Shown: piece by piece, positions 1 to 12,433 of the stretch
How positions within the stretch are numbered: position 1 is the stretch's first letter
Layout: each line of letters starts with the position of its first letter
NCBI GenBank assembly: GCA_003427395.1
Contig: BFEA01000018.1
Location: forward strand, 2,439,533-2,503,532
Length of the DNA: 64,000 nucleotides
Source of the DNA: Chara braunii
Lineage: Eukaryota > Plantae > Charophyceae
Direction: 5' to 3'
Notes under the pieces: generated by a model
The model's input: the letters and a program-made list of their open reading frames with translations, nothing else
Database searches by the model: none
Told to the model about the DNA's origin: nothing
Made by a program: the position numbers and the translations under genes

Positions 1-1127
1 GGATGTCACGTAACGACTGAAGGACAAGAGCCAAGTGCTCCGCATGTTCCCTGGCGGTTTTGCTGAATACCAGGATATCATCCAGGTAGACAACCATAAA
101 CTTGTCCAGGTAAGGCCTGAAGATGCGGTGCATCTCTGTCTGGAAGGTGCCTGGGGCATTGCAAAGTCCAAATGGCATGACCAAAACTCGTACGTCCCAT
201 ACCTGGTCTTGAAGGCTGTTTTGTAGACATCCTCTTCTACCATCTCAATCTGGTGGTAACCAGACTTGAGGTCGACTTTGCTGAACACTGTGCAGCCCTG
301 CACCATGTCCAGGAGGTCATCGATCCTAGGAAGTGGCTCAGTACTCTTCCCAGTGATCTTATTGAGACCCCTGTAATCAATGCACATCCTGAACTCGCCG
401 TTCCCTTTGGGTACAAAGAGAACAGGTGCACCAAATTCAGACGTGCTGGGTCGGATCCAGCCCTTGCTGGTCAGGGTCTCAAGCTGCTTTCTAAGCTCCT
501 CAAGCTCAGCAGGGGACATCCTGTAGATGCGGCCCTTGGGAGGGACCGCTCCAGGCAGCAGCTCGATGTGATGCTTGGTTGGCCGGTTGGGTAACCCAAA
601 GGGCTCCTGCATGAGATCAGCAAACTGATCTACCACCTGCTGTATCTGAGAAGGACAGGAGACAGGAGGAGCATCTGCTTGCTTGACCAAGCAATAAACA
701 GACGCTCATGGTGGTACTGGCGTGAGAGAGCGTGAAACTCATTCGCTCTCAGGCAGTAGCAGGAAGTCTTAGGGTGGTGATCAACAACAATCATGCATGG
801 CTGATACACACCCTAGCTCAACTCTAAGGATCTGCCAGTCGATCCTAGGGTTGACTGCCCTCAACCACTGCATGGCGAACACCAAGTCAAAGGGGAGCTC
901 AGGGAAAATGTAAAAGTTCAGACTATGTCTGACTTTTCCAACAGTATCGAAGGTCACCGGGATACCCTTGACCTTCTCCCTGATGCTGAGCACTGTAGAG
1001 TCACCAATCCGCACCAGCATCAGTTGCTGCAGCTGCTGAACTTTCATGCCCAGGTGCAGCTTTTTCACTGCACTGGGAGACATGAAGTTCGTGGTGGCCC
1101 CACAGTCCAACAGCCCAGTGATCCTGG

Positions 1128-2566
1128 TGTTATGACCTGTCATCACACGGACTGAAACAGACAGCCGATTTCTGAGTCTTGCCGTGGAATGCATGCCATA
1201 CTAAGTTCCCCCGCCTGCTAAGTCTGCTTGTGTGTGTGTGNNNNNNNNNNNNNNNNNNNNNNNNNNNNNNNNNNNNNNNNNNNNNNNNNNNNNNNNNNNN
1301 NNNNNNNNNNNNNNNNNNNNNNNNNNNNNNNNNNNNNNNNNNNNNNNNNNNNNNNNNNNNNNNNNNNNNNNNNNNNNNNNNNNNNNNNNNNNNNNNNNNN
1401 NNNNNNNNNNNNNNNNNNNNNNNNNNNNNNNNNNNNNNNNNNNNNNNNNNNNNNNNNNNNNNNNNNNNNNNNNNNNNNNNNNNNNNNNNNNNNNNNNNNN
1501 NNNNNNNNNNNNNNNNNNNNNNNNNNNNNNNNNNNNNNNNNNNNNNNNNNNNNNNNNNNNNNNNNNNNNNNNNNNNNNNNNNNNNNNNNNNNNNNNNNNN
1601 NNNNNNNNNNNNNNNNNNNNNNNNNNNNNNNNNNNNNNNNNNNNNNNNNNNNNNNNNNNNNNNNNNNNNNNNNNNNNNNNNNNNNNNNNNNNNNNNNNNN
1701 NNNNNNNNNNNNNNNNNNNNNNNNNNNNNNNNNNNNNNNNNNNNNNNNNNNNNNNNNNNNNNNNNNNNNNNNNNNNNNNNNNNNNNNNNNNNNNNNNNNN
1801 NNNNNNNNNNNNNNNNNNNNNNNNNNNNNNNNNNNNNNNNNNNNNNNNNNNNNNNNNNNNNNNNNNNNNNNNNNNNNNNNNNNNNNNNNNNNNNNNNNNN
1901 NNNNNNNNNNNNNNNNNNNNNNNNNNNNNNNNNNNNNNNNNNNNNNNNNNNNNNNNNNNNNNNNNNNNNNNNNNNNNNNNNNNNNNNNNNNNNNNNNNNN
2001 NNNNNNNNNNNNNNNGAGAAGGAGCCGAGGTACTTACCGGCTATGGTGGCAGCCATCTCCTACACCTTGGAGCAGCAGTAAGAAGGCCCTCCGAGGGAGG
2101 GAGCTACTCCAAGCATCTCCGAAGCATCTTGGGGCATGTCGGCACTTAGGGGGGACAGCCATAACTCATTTGGGAAGTCCTTTGGGCATCGTGGTTGTAC
2201 TCTGCAGTCCGCCATAGCCTCGGCCTAGGAAGGAGAGGCGGCTATGGCTATGGTGGACCTCATAGTTGTCCAGCTGTAGAAGAGAGACTTGGGCAGTGAT
2301 ACTGGACCTTCATTCCAACATTGTTGTATTATTTATTGTTTGAATTTATAAAGAGGAGGGGGATATAAGATGCAAGGGAGTTGAGCGAAGAAGAAGAGCT
2401 TTGACATTGGTTCTTGCTGGTGTACATTGTCTTTTCCAAACTTTTCTACTTCTTCTTCTTCTTCTTATCCTCTCCATCCTCCCAAGTTCATTCATTTCCT
2501 TTTGCAGTTGGTGAACATTGTGCTGATTGGTGAATTTGTACTTCGCAATTGGTCCGGGTCATAACA
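1128..2566. mobile_element. Nested LTR of a second family (solo LTR, or an element collapsed across the N gap)
   Basis: Perfect 10-bp inverted termini TGTTATGACC...GGTCATAACA and 4-bp TSD CTGG (1124-1127, 2567-2570). Internal gap ~1241-2015. Confidence 0.88.
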
Positions 2567-2799
2567 CTGGTGCTGTTGATCAGTGGCCGAAGCATGATGA
2601 GATCAGTCTTGCTCTTCTTCTGTTCCTTCAAATGAAGGAAGAAGGCAGCAATGGACTGGAGCTCATCCTTCCCCGGGTCCTGATCCGGGTCAGGATCCTC
2701 ATAGTAGAAGGATGCTGCCCACGCAGTCCCCACACACACATCATCACACGCAGTCTCAACTGAAACAGCTGCAGATTCACCTACCTGAGTAGATGAAGG

Positions 2800-2847
2800 T
2801 GCAACATTGGGGGGAACTGCAGTCCCCAGGGTGTGTTTCAGTTTTTT
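2800..2847 (-). promoter_or_regulatory. Candidate programmed -1 frameshift signal (A AAA AAC heptamer plus hairpin/pseudoknot)
   Basis: gag ends TCA AAA AAC TGA, and the -1 frame stays open into the protease. A GGGGA-CTGCAGT-TCCCC hairpin follows. Confidence 0.7.
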
Positions 2848-4466
2848 GACTGACTACCTGGGCCTGGCATGTAAGGGCAGTCCTTCAGGAAGTGTTGTCC
2901 CTCACATCTCAGGCAGACCCCTCTTTCCTTTCTTCTTCTCCAGACTCCCTCCTCGATCTTGAGGTCATGCCAGGGGAGTGTGGAGGGATTGAGAGGTTCA
3001 GCTGGCATATGGACGTCTCTAGGCAGGTTAGGGCACTGGGAAGAGGAAGGTTGACGTCCCTTTTCCTTTCCCTTGGCACTGGCTGAGGCTGTGGTGGGAG
3101 AGAACTTTTTCTGCAGCTGCAGAGCTCCCAAAACAGCCTGAGTCACAACTGCTGCAACATCTGTCTCAGTAGCAGATCCGGTCCCACCTGAAGGTGCATC
3201 AGGCTGGGAATCGGAATCTGATCCTGAGGCAGACCCCGCATGAGTAAAGGCTGCCTTTCCTCTTCTGCCACCTCTGGGGAAGGCACCTTTCCTCCTATCA
3301 GAGGATGGGGCCTGGACATGGAGTTTGGCCTCCATTTCCAGGGCTGCACGGCCAAAGGACCTCCAGTCCTTGTGCCCAGCGCTATACAATGCAACAACAA
3401 ACTTCTCAGGCGCTGCCCTGCAGAAGTTGGTCAGCAAATCATCAGAAGACATGACCAACCCAAGGGTGGAGGTAAGCTGCTCGAACTCAGCAAACAAGGC
3501 CTGCAGGGTGCCGCTGTACCGCTGCTGTCCCAGGTGAGCAATCTTGTCAGCAGCCTTGCGGGCCCGCTCCTTGTCTGCAAATCGGTCCTCCAGGGCCTGC
3601 AGAAGCTTGTCTGCCCCAAGCCCAAAAGCCCAGTCCTCCATGGACTGCTGCAGGGTGCTGGAAGTTGAAGCGGCCCACTTCAGTGCAGGCCCTTCCAGCA
3701 GTCCCAGAACAGTCGCCACCTTGGCCTGTTCTGCACAGACAAAGCCCCTCAAGTAGGCTCTGGTCCCAGCAGCCCAGTCCCCAACATCGGTCTTGGGGTC
3801 ATCGCCCCTGAACTTGTTGGGAGCAGGGATCTTGGGACCTCTTTGGTCTCCTGCAGTCACAACAGCATAGGTGGCCTATCCTGAGGCCTTTTGGGAAGGG
3901 GTAGATGACCGGGAAGAATGTACAGAACCAGCATGGGATGCATGTGGTGAGGAAGGGGATGAAGGAGGAGGAGATGGTTTGGGTTTCAGCAGAGGGGGCT
4001 GAGGGGCTGTCAGCTTGGCGGCTGCCAGCTGAGCAGTCAAGTTCCGAATAGAATCCAGGATCTTGGACTGCTGAGCTGACAGCTCGTCAACCCGACGCTC
4101 CAGTCGCACAAGGCGATCATCCCAGTTCGTGAACTGGGAGTTGGTGATCTTGTGCTCTAGCAGGATCATCTCTGCCATCTGCTTGGTGACCTGGGAGCAA
4201 CGATCATCTGTGAGCGCTTTGTCTAGCTGCTGCAACAGATATTCTCTTCTGGAATGATCTGTTGCAGCCTCTAGCTCAGCTGCCTCCTACTGTTCCAATT
4301 CTGCAAGTCTGGTCTGTTGCTGCCGCAGTTGTTCTTCCAGCTCCTTCTTCAATCGCTGAGTAGCAGCCAGAGGTGGAGGAGGAGTAGTGGAGGTTGAAGG
4401 TTGTTCACCTTCTACCTTCATCACAACTTCCACCTGTGGGTGCTGCTCATTTCCCTGATCAGACAT
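2838..4466 (-). pseudogene. gag: gag (coiled coil, Pro/Ser linker, capsid-like region, CCHC) with two premature TAG stops
   Basis: One frame from ATG 4466 (MSDQGNEQHP...) to ...GSQSKN*. In-frame TAGs at 4289-4287 and 3878-3876 join ORFs 3876..4235 and 2838..3860. Confidence 0.85.
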
Positions 4467-5995
4467 TTCCCGATTTCAAAATAAAACCAAAAATATACAG
4501 ACAGCAAACAGAGTATGCAGCGATACTCAGATTCCTGCAGATACCTGGAATCGTTGCAATAGCCCAACACTGGAATAGGTGGGTGTACAGGCAATCAACG
4601 GTTTGGGTTGGAAAGGTGTCTCTGGGGTCAGGTGTCAGACAGACTGTAAGTCCAGCAAAATCAGTCACACGATTTCCTTTTACTGACCCTGGACCACACT
4701 GGAGTTAGTAGAGTCACTCCACTACTCTTCCAAAGACCCACTAGATTTCCAGTACCCACTAGAAAACAAGTGTCATCAGTGAGAATGAGGGAAGATGGTT
4801 AGTACAAACAAGATAGATCAACCACAACAAGCGATGCAGGCAAATACCCTGTATCCTGACTCGAACTCCGTTTTAGACTCTGATGACTCTGGCAGTCATA
4901 CCTTAGGGTATGGCGAAGTGCAGTTTTCACTGTATCCAGTGAAATACTGCAAATCCAACTCTGCGATTCTACAGTAATGTCTATTTTTGGATTGCGATTC
5001 ACTGGGGACTGACAGAACTGAATTCTGACAAACAGAATTGAAGTTATGACTGACCCTAGGTAGCACATGCTATAAATAGACTCAACGCAAAACTGGAATT
5101 CACAGTATTACTACCTTTCCAGTACAGCACAGTTTGAGCATCCCAGAATAATCGCAATGCAGTATAGCAGTCACAAAACAATTTTGGATCAGAAAGAGTC
5201 AGGAGAGGGTGAGAAATGAGCAGAGAGAGGTAGGGGAGAGATCGTTATGGCTATCATGCAGTCTGCAATTTTCACATCCAGTCACTGACAGACAGATAGA
5301 CCATTATAATTCACTAAACTAATACTATCTGGATCGCAATACAGGTAGGTGCATGGAACGGACTCACTTTCAGAGAATCTTGCAGGTGATGATGAAGATC
5401 TGGCTATGGCTGATGATACCCTTATCTCGCCAATTTCTCCCAGATATTCCTCCTGACACTTCCACGCACAGAACACCTTCAAATTCGTTGATCCTCCTCA
5501 AGATCCTGTAGCGCTTCACTCCCTCAACCCAGATGCACTATATCTGGTCCTGTGGCGCCCAGATAGCCAATAGCAAAATATCTCGCCACAGTGCCTGGTA
5601 GTCGCTGATGCTAAAAATAGCCCCAGATGGGGTTATTTCTTCTGGAGATTGATACAGTATGTCAATCTCCCTCAGCTCAACCCAAGAATGATGTCGCTCA
5701 AGGATCTCTAATGTCCTCAGGGGTAATTCGCCACTCTGGGGTAATTCGCAATATTACCCTCAAGGTTGGCTATGGCGAATTAGCCCTGCACTCGCCACTT
5801 CCTGACCAGCGCCCTGACAGGCTCAGTGCGCTTGCTCGGTGCAACCACTGAACACTTGAATCCCCCGCTGAAAGTCGTCTTCCCTGCCGACTCAGTACTG
5901 GGGAAGATGAATCGCCATGAAGCTCTCGCCAGTAGATTGCCAGATGAAGAAGATGCCTCAGTGCGCTCAACCCTCAGTGTTCCAAATCCAATCCC

Positions 5996-6007
5996 GCTCC
6001 GATACCA
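5996..6007 (-). promoter_or_regulatory. Primer binding site for initiator tRNA-Met
   Basis: Minus strand TGGTATCGGAGC, 11/12 match to the canonical TGGTATCAGAGC, directly after the LTR end CA. Confidence 0.9.
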
Positions 6008-6009
6008 AC

Positions 6010-7150
6010 TGTTATGAACTTGGTTGTCTGACGATTTTTACCGCCACTCACACACAGACAATCTCATACACGCCCATACATGCATAAGAGAAGGGGGAGA
6101 GGAGACAGAGTCCACACTGCACACAGATCAGAGTAGGCAGCGGAATACAGCTATGCACAGGTGGGGAGAAGACACACAATGTTTCTCCCTCTCTGACATG
6201 CTCCCAACAACCCAATCACAAGTAGAACTGGCAAGGATAACAATTGAAATGACACTGATGATGAGCCAACTCAAACAATTATCGTAACAGAGTTTGTTCC
6301 AGTATCTCGCCACTCTCAGAACTCACACCCCACTCTCTATCCTACACCCAGTTAGTAGCGCCACATCAGAATGGCCTCCCAGAGGCCAGCGCCAACCACC
6401 CTGATGAAGAACAGGTCCTGCGATGAAGTCTTCAGTGTCGATGGACAACTCTAACGAAGGAACAGGCAGCTATGGCTGCCACCACCCACGAGTACATGGT
6501 GTAGAGCCTCAATACAGCCGGGCCACACACAGATACCCCCAGGGGTAGATGCGTTGAGGATGCCCCAGCTATGGCAGACTCAGCCTGGACCGGCTATGGC
6601 TGCTGTCAACGGCGAGTCTCAGGATGCCGCCTGCAGACAGATACCGCCACCAACTTGCTTGGCTTCTCCAACGCTGCTTCGCGAGAAATGAACTGCCAAA
6701 AGTCCTGAACCGATGGGCCTAACCTATCTATAGACTACCTAGACCTAGACCGGACTGACTGACCGACCGGTACCATTGCTGTTTCGGCCTCTCGGCCTCT
6801 ACCGGATCCGGCTATAGGCTATAGGACCGTCTAGCAGCATAGGCCGCTTAGGGCCTGTCTGTCCTAGGGGTAGCCCGGGCCTGCTACAGGCAGTTAGGGT
6901 AGCTGTAGGAATTCGGGTTAGTGCTGGGCCTATATTTTCCCAGATTTGCAGATATGTCCCTCACGAATTTCCCTACAGGCAGGTCTCTCGGTTAGCCCTC
7001 AGCCAAACAAAATTGCAAATCTAACCCTACCGGTTAGTATACAACCTCGCAGTCAATCTCGGCAGTCGAAATCAGCAAGTCATTGCAGCTATAATGACCG
7101 TGCGTTGTATTCAGGGCTCCCTCAGTTAATCACCAGACCCTGTTACAACA
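6010..7150 (-). repeat. 5' LTR of the Gypsy element (~1.14 kb)
   Basis: Plus strand reads TGTTATGAAC...TGTTACAACA (TG..CA termini, imperfect inverted ends). The inner end is 2 nt from the PBS. The outer end could instead be 7147. Confidence 0.8.
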
Positions 7151-8271
7151 CTGTTGTCATCAACATGCACCATAGCTCAATAGATCCATGCTTATTTAAT
7201 GTTTATATGGCCTTGTCAACGCAATCTCATGACTACAGGGTCCACTGGCAAACAAACATCCCGAAATTGCTCTTCCTGAAACCGTAGCGTCCTACTCCTG
7301 GATGTATGACCACCTTCTACTGATCTCCGCTCCAGAGATGCAAGCTGTGTCCCAACGCAGGCCTGGGCTGATATCAAATTGTGTCACAGGTCCAGCTTGG
7401 CTGTTATGGCGCCATTTGAGAGTCATTGGACCCTGGTCCAACCTCTGATGAAAAATCACATTGTAATATGTAGGATCATATACTAACAGGTACCATTTGA
7501 CTCGTTGTTCACATGCCTACAAAGAAAATAGTACAAACTGTTCATTCATCTCGTGCATGGGAGAGGCTCTCCCATGCATGAGGTTGGAGTCCGTTGGACC
7601 CATACGTGAGAATGCAAGCACTTTGTGTGATGTTATGGCCCCATACGTGAATGTTAACGAGTTGACAAGCTGCGACACTGCAAAATGTCGTCGTTAGTGG
7701 TGAGTATGGTGACCAATGCATCACACAAAGTGCTTGTATTCTATTTTTTTTCATCCCTCCAGCTCCACAATAGGTGACCGTGACAAGGATGGACGTTATA
7801 TCATCAGATACATTGAAGGGATGAGAGAACGAAATATGGAATTATTTCTTTCAGAAAGGACTCTTGCTAGGAGGGAGTGCTCGTACCACCTCTCCTAGCA
7901 AAGACACTGTTTTTTTTTTTCCAAAAAAAAAAAAAGAGAGAGAGCAGAAAATCAGACCTTGACTCAGAGGAATTGGTTCAAATTGGCATATAAGGGAGAA
8001 GAGAAGATTCAGAAAGGTGTGGAAAAGTGAAAGGGGGTGGGGGGATATAATCTGTACGCACTGGAAGCAATTGGTCCCTTCGTGTTTGTGAAGAGACTGC
8101 CCCTCTTCAATGCCTTGCTTGCCAGATATAAAGTTATAAACACTTTCCTTGCTTAGCCTCTCTTCAATATCTTGCTTGCAAGACATACACACCATACATG
8201 CAAGCGTACGCTGTACGGCACACGAGTACACGGGATCAGTGCGGCGCACTGGCATGTACGTTGTACAAACC

Positions 8272-8311
<40 letters not shown>

Positions 8312-10936
8312 AGAATGCAAGCTGGGCGAGTAATGTCGCCACCTAACGGTCAAGACTGATGTCCCAGAGACCTATTTGAGGCTATTTCTGATGCTCAACA
8401 GGATCTCGTCCTTGGGTAGTACACCCTTCTGCATCTACGAAACAGCAAACGAAAAAAAAAAAAAAAAAACATGTTGCTGGTGTGGGGCATGAATGTGCAG
8501 GTTCTGCGTGTCGCGCGGTGCAATTTTTTTAATGCACGGCCATGCGGCTCGTGCGGTTGCAAGTATGATACGCAACCTTTCTGGCTCAGCTTTATGATGG
8601 AGGAATCAACGCTTCCTTGGCCGATTCCCAGATTGCAGACCAACTTTGTCTCTTTTAATGGCCACCTCCATGGGAGCAGTATCCCTCCTGCTTTTCGTAG
8701 AGCCTTGACTCCTCCATGCACTCTCAATCTGCGAGTAATAGCCCAGCTGTTTTTCACATCAACACTCCACTTGGATCCGCAAGCAACAGCCCGGCTGGTT
8801 TTCACATTAGTGTCTTTTTTCCTCTCTTGATTCCTTCGTTCTCAATCGGATTCCGCTACTTCCATCATGAATTCCTTGCTCGGCGGCGAATCACCTTTCA
8901 GGGGATAACGCATGCCGAAACCTTCTCACTTTGGAAGATGAGCAGGAAGGAGATATCATGTTGACAGCAAGAGAAACAGGGACATAAACCACATCAGACC
9001 AGGAGATAATAAAGCATGGCTGGAATATGCTTTTGTGATGTGTTTGTTTGTTTTTTTCTGATAGTAAACCATGTAGCAGCACCTATCAGATCAGAAAGAG
9101 TGAGGGGCCAATTGGGCAATTACTGCTAGTAATTGTTGAACGCCAAATGAAGCAGCAGATGCCCAACACTGGCAATCGGCAGACAACATGTCAACATATA
9201 TTACATGCCATGCGTTTGATGTCTTGCTTGAATGAGAACTTGAAGATTTGTGAGACTTGGAAGAGCAAATGGAATTCAGAGCTACGACACAGAATAGTGG
9301 AGGGCGGACGATAGAGAGACTGCATGGGGCAAGACAGTTATCAAGCCGCAAGACAGGTTTCACACCCACAGTAGAAAGTTTCTACAGCAACAGTCCCAAG
9401 ACAGGTTTCACGTGCACGTTAGAAAGTCTCTACAGCAACAGTAAGATAGACCTCGAATGGTGTGCTGTGCTGAATGATCCACGAGCGTCAAATAGACGCT
9501 AATACCCCTCAGTAGTGGTCGGGGCAAAGCAGGAGCACAGGACTGCTTTACCCAGTTTGGGAAAGAGAAAAGCATGGCATCGACTAAATACACACGGAGA
9601 AAAACCGTTCTATTGCCTTTTCCTTGTGCAGTTCTTTCTTCGCCTTTCTTACTTTGGCGTTTCTTTTGTTGTTTCTCTTTTTATTTCTTCTTCCAGCTCC
9701 CCTTTGACAGTGCTCTCAGATACAAGGCTCTCCACGTTGATGTGGTTGAGCGCAAGCTGCCCGTATCCCTGTGTGCCATAGCAACCCACTTGCACGCTAT
9801 CAAAAGGAGGCAAAGTAAAGGAGGAGGGGCATATTGTCTGTTCTCTTTATGATGCTCATTGATATGCCTTCAGTTGTTCTGCACGGGGTGCGGAAGGAGG
9901 GAGAAAGGGAAGGGGAGGGAGAAGGGGGGAAGAAGAAAGAGAACAAGGGAAAACCGAACTTAACACAGGGTTCTAAGTACGCACCAGCACAACAGACTAC
10001 TATGGAATGGCACAAGAGGCCAGTCAGTGTTTGGGTTGCAGAGAAAAACGAGTTTAGGAGCAGGCGTTGCTTACGACATACGATGTCAGGGCGTCGTACA
10101 TGGGGATGATGTTGAATGTCATCATATGTATGAGAACCAAAGACTTGCATGGGCTACACACTCATGATCCTCACAACACAAAGCATGCCAATCACATGCT
10201 AGCCGAATCTCAGGTTGGGCAGCACAGTGCGGCATTGAGCAAGTGTCTTGGGTTTCTGCAGCCAATATTCGCTCTCTATGGGCAGGCGATGATGGGGAGT
10301 CATCGCAAGTAAAGGTGTTTAGCTGTTCCAAGACCTGGTCTGCGACTGCGATAACCTTTCAGCATGGTGCACTGTAGGCGGTCCACGTGAGAGTCCATTC
10401 GCTACCTCAGGCTGCTGTGTCCGTTCCTCATCTGGCAAGATGGAGAGGGTCCGATTTTTGTACTGTAGGTGGTTCACGTGAGAGTCTATTCTCCACCTCA
10501 GGATCCTGTGTCTGTTCCTCCTCTGGCAAGATGGAGAGGGTCTGATTACACGTGCAGCCAGAGGATCGCCAACGTCGCATGTGGGACATGAACGAAGAGA
10601 ATGTGGCAGGTGATGTCGTCGGGGATAGTCCATGCAGAGGAGACACATACTCTCCATGCCAGCTTTCTGAAAACATTGACGACACATCCTTTCAAGTATA
10701 GCATGCCCCCTGGAGGGCAAAGAAAAAGATCCCTGAATTTTTTGGAACCAATGCGTTCTAGGACATGTCATCCTGAACGAGTTCTTTTCTCGTTTTTCAA
10801 AGTTTTTCTAGAAAATTAGTAAAAAGTCAGTTTATTATCAGGCATTCTGAATAAGTTTTGGTTAGGGCATGTTCTGCAATGTATACCAGAGTGTGCAATC
10901 AAAATAGTTGAAACTTGAAAATACAAACCGGCAACA

Positions 10937-12433
10937 GAATCCCGGAGGGATGGAAAGAAAGATTAACAGAGGCACCAACTTGGAAAACGGGGGAATGGGG
11001 GGTCAAGATACAAGAACAATCCCCTTTGAAGGCCTACCAATTCTCCCACAAGCAGCAGGGCTCGCAAACCTTGGCTGTCTTCACAGCCTTTCCAGTCACT
11101 CGGACAGCGCACAACTCTGTGTCCATTCTGAACAAGGATGTAGAAGGAGTGGTTCTCGATATGTTCCTGTTCAGGAAAGTAAGAGTCATCAGTTCATGGC
11201 CCAAAACAATTTTCAGGATAGGCACAGCAATCCAGGACCTGGAATTCGACCTGGCGGAATGGGCCTGGACACCAGGAAGGAACAGAATTGTCAAGACGGA
11301 TACCCACATACAGGACTACTCAGTCAAATTGGGCTATAGGCTATTCCTCAGAACCAAGGACCCGGACCCCATAATCAAGAACAGATGGTCCAAACTAATA
11401 GGTCAGGATGCCAGCCACATCCCACAAATCCCATGGAAAAAATTTAGTTCAATCAGACCAGTAAAAATTAGGAGCCTCCAATGGCTAATTGCATGCGTGG
11501 CTCTACCGGTTAATCAATGGCTGCACATCCGGAGACATAAGAACAATCCCAACAGCTCAGATGTATGTTCAGTATGCACGGATAATGAACCAGAAGACAT
11601 GCTCCACTGTCTAATAAGCTGCAGAGAAGCAACATAATACTGGGCAAGGGCATCGGCCCTCTGGGACTCTCTATTCTTGTCTCCCCTCCCCGAACATCGC
11701 TCCCAACTTCTCCTTTGGACCAACATCCCTACCCAGTTGAACAAGACAGAGAGGATCTGGTTCGGAATGATCAGGAAGGCGACACTATGGACCATCTGGA
11801 AGGAAAGATGTGGCAGGACCATTGAGGGTGCGTCAAACTCAAGGGAAAAAGTCTGGGCAGAAACTAAGGATTTGATTCAGCCAGAGATTTTATGCAAGTG
11901 GCACAAGGCAAGACTTTCCCTACCAGACGACGACGAGCAACAGCGCGCAGTACAGTTGAAGTTCACCAAGACCTGGCTGGTTGAAGGAAAAGTTGCACAG
12001 CTCGTGAGGTGATAGGAGAGGACTAAGATACCTCACGACCAATGGAGTAGTCCCGACACAGACAACAATGTCCTTCGCTGAGCAACATGGGTATCAGGCA
12101 TGAATTGGGAGAGGAAAGAGCTGTAGGTCTGTGACTGGAGGCAGTTCCTACCACTTTCTCTTTGTTTGAATAGGTCTATTTGACAGGCCCAAGAAGGGAA
12201 CCTGAGAGGAGCAAGTTGTTAGGGCAAGCTGACAGTCAATCCTCCCCGAGGGAGTAATCAATGCTGGTCAGGGGTCCTTCAGCCAGATGGAAGGAAGCGT
12301 GAGTGTGTTTTTCTCATATTGTATTCAATCTTGACTTGCCGGGGGAATAGGAACCGGACTGACGCTCCCCAGAATGGAAAAGGAGCCAGGCCCATAAGGA
12401 CCTGTTTTGGAAAAAAAAAAAAAAAAAAAAAAA
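10937..12433 (+). mobile_element. 5'-truncated L1/Tx1-like LINE: ORF2 C-terminus (zinc-binding region), 3'UTR and A23 tail
   Basis: RIPEGW..., YSVKLGY, CSVC..EDMLHCLISC, LWTIWKERC. Poly(A) at 12411-12433. Confidence 0.88.

Larger units (their letters stand above)
1..2847 (-). pseudogene. pol: pol (protease plus RT, partial), interrupted by a nested LTR and degraded
   Basis: Removing 1128-2566 and one CTGG copy restores LIMLRPLINSTRITGLLDCGATTNF in frame. RT YLDD lies near 80. Confidence 0.9.
1..7150 (-). mobile_element. Ty3/Gypsy LTR retrotransposon, 5' portion (LTR, PBS, gag, PR, RT); runs off the left edge
   Basis: Minus strand carries LTR, PBS, gag with CCHC knuckle (CLRCEGQHFLKDC), retropepsin LLDCGAT and [15 protein letters not shown] (~60-100), in Gypsy order. 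Confidence 0.95.

Noticed and set aside
1130-2217. Long ORFs spanning N runs (also ~17172-18478, 26869-27471, 42920-44271, 44985-45653, 48333-48834, 50035-50630)
   Set aside because: They are open only because N gaps and GA/GT microsatellites contain no stop codons
3240-3668. Antisense ORFs over gag and LINE coding regions (for example 13904..14680, 24310..24969, 39830..40336)
   Set aside because: Shadow frames of retroelement coding sequence with no independent motifs
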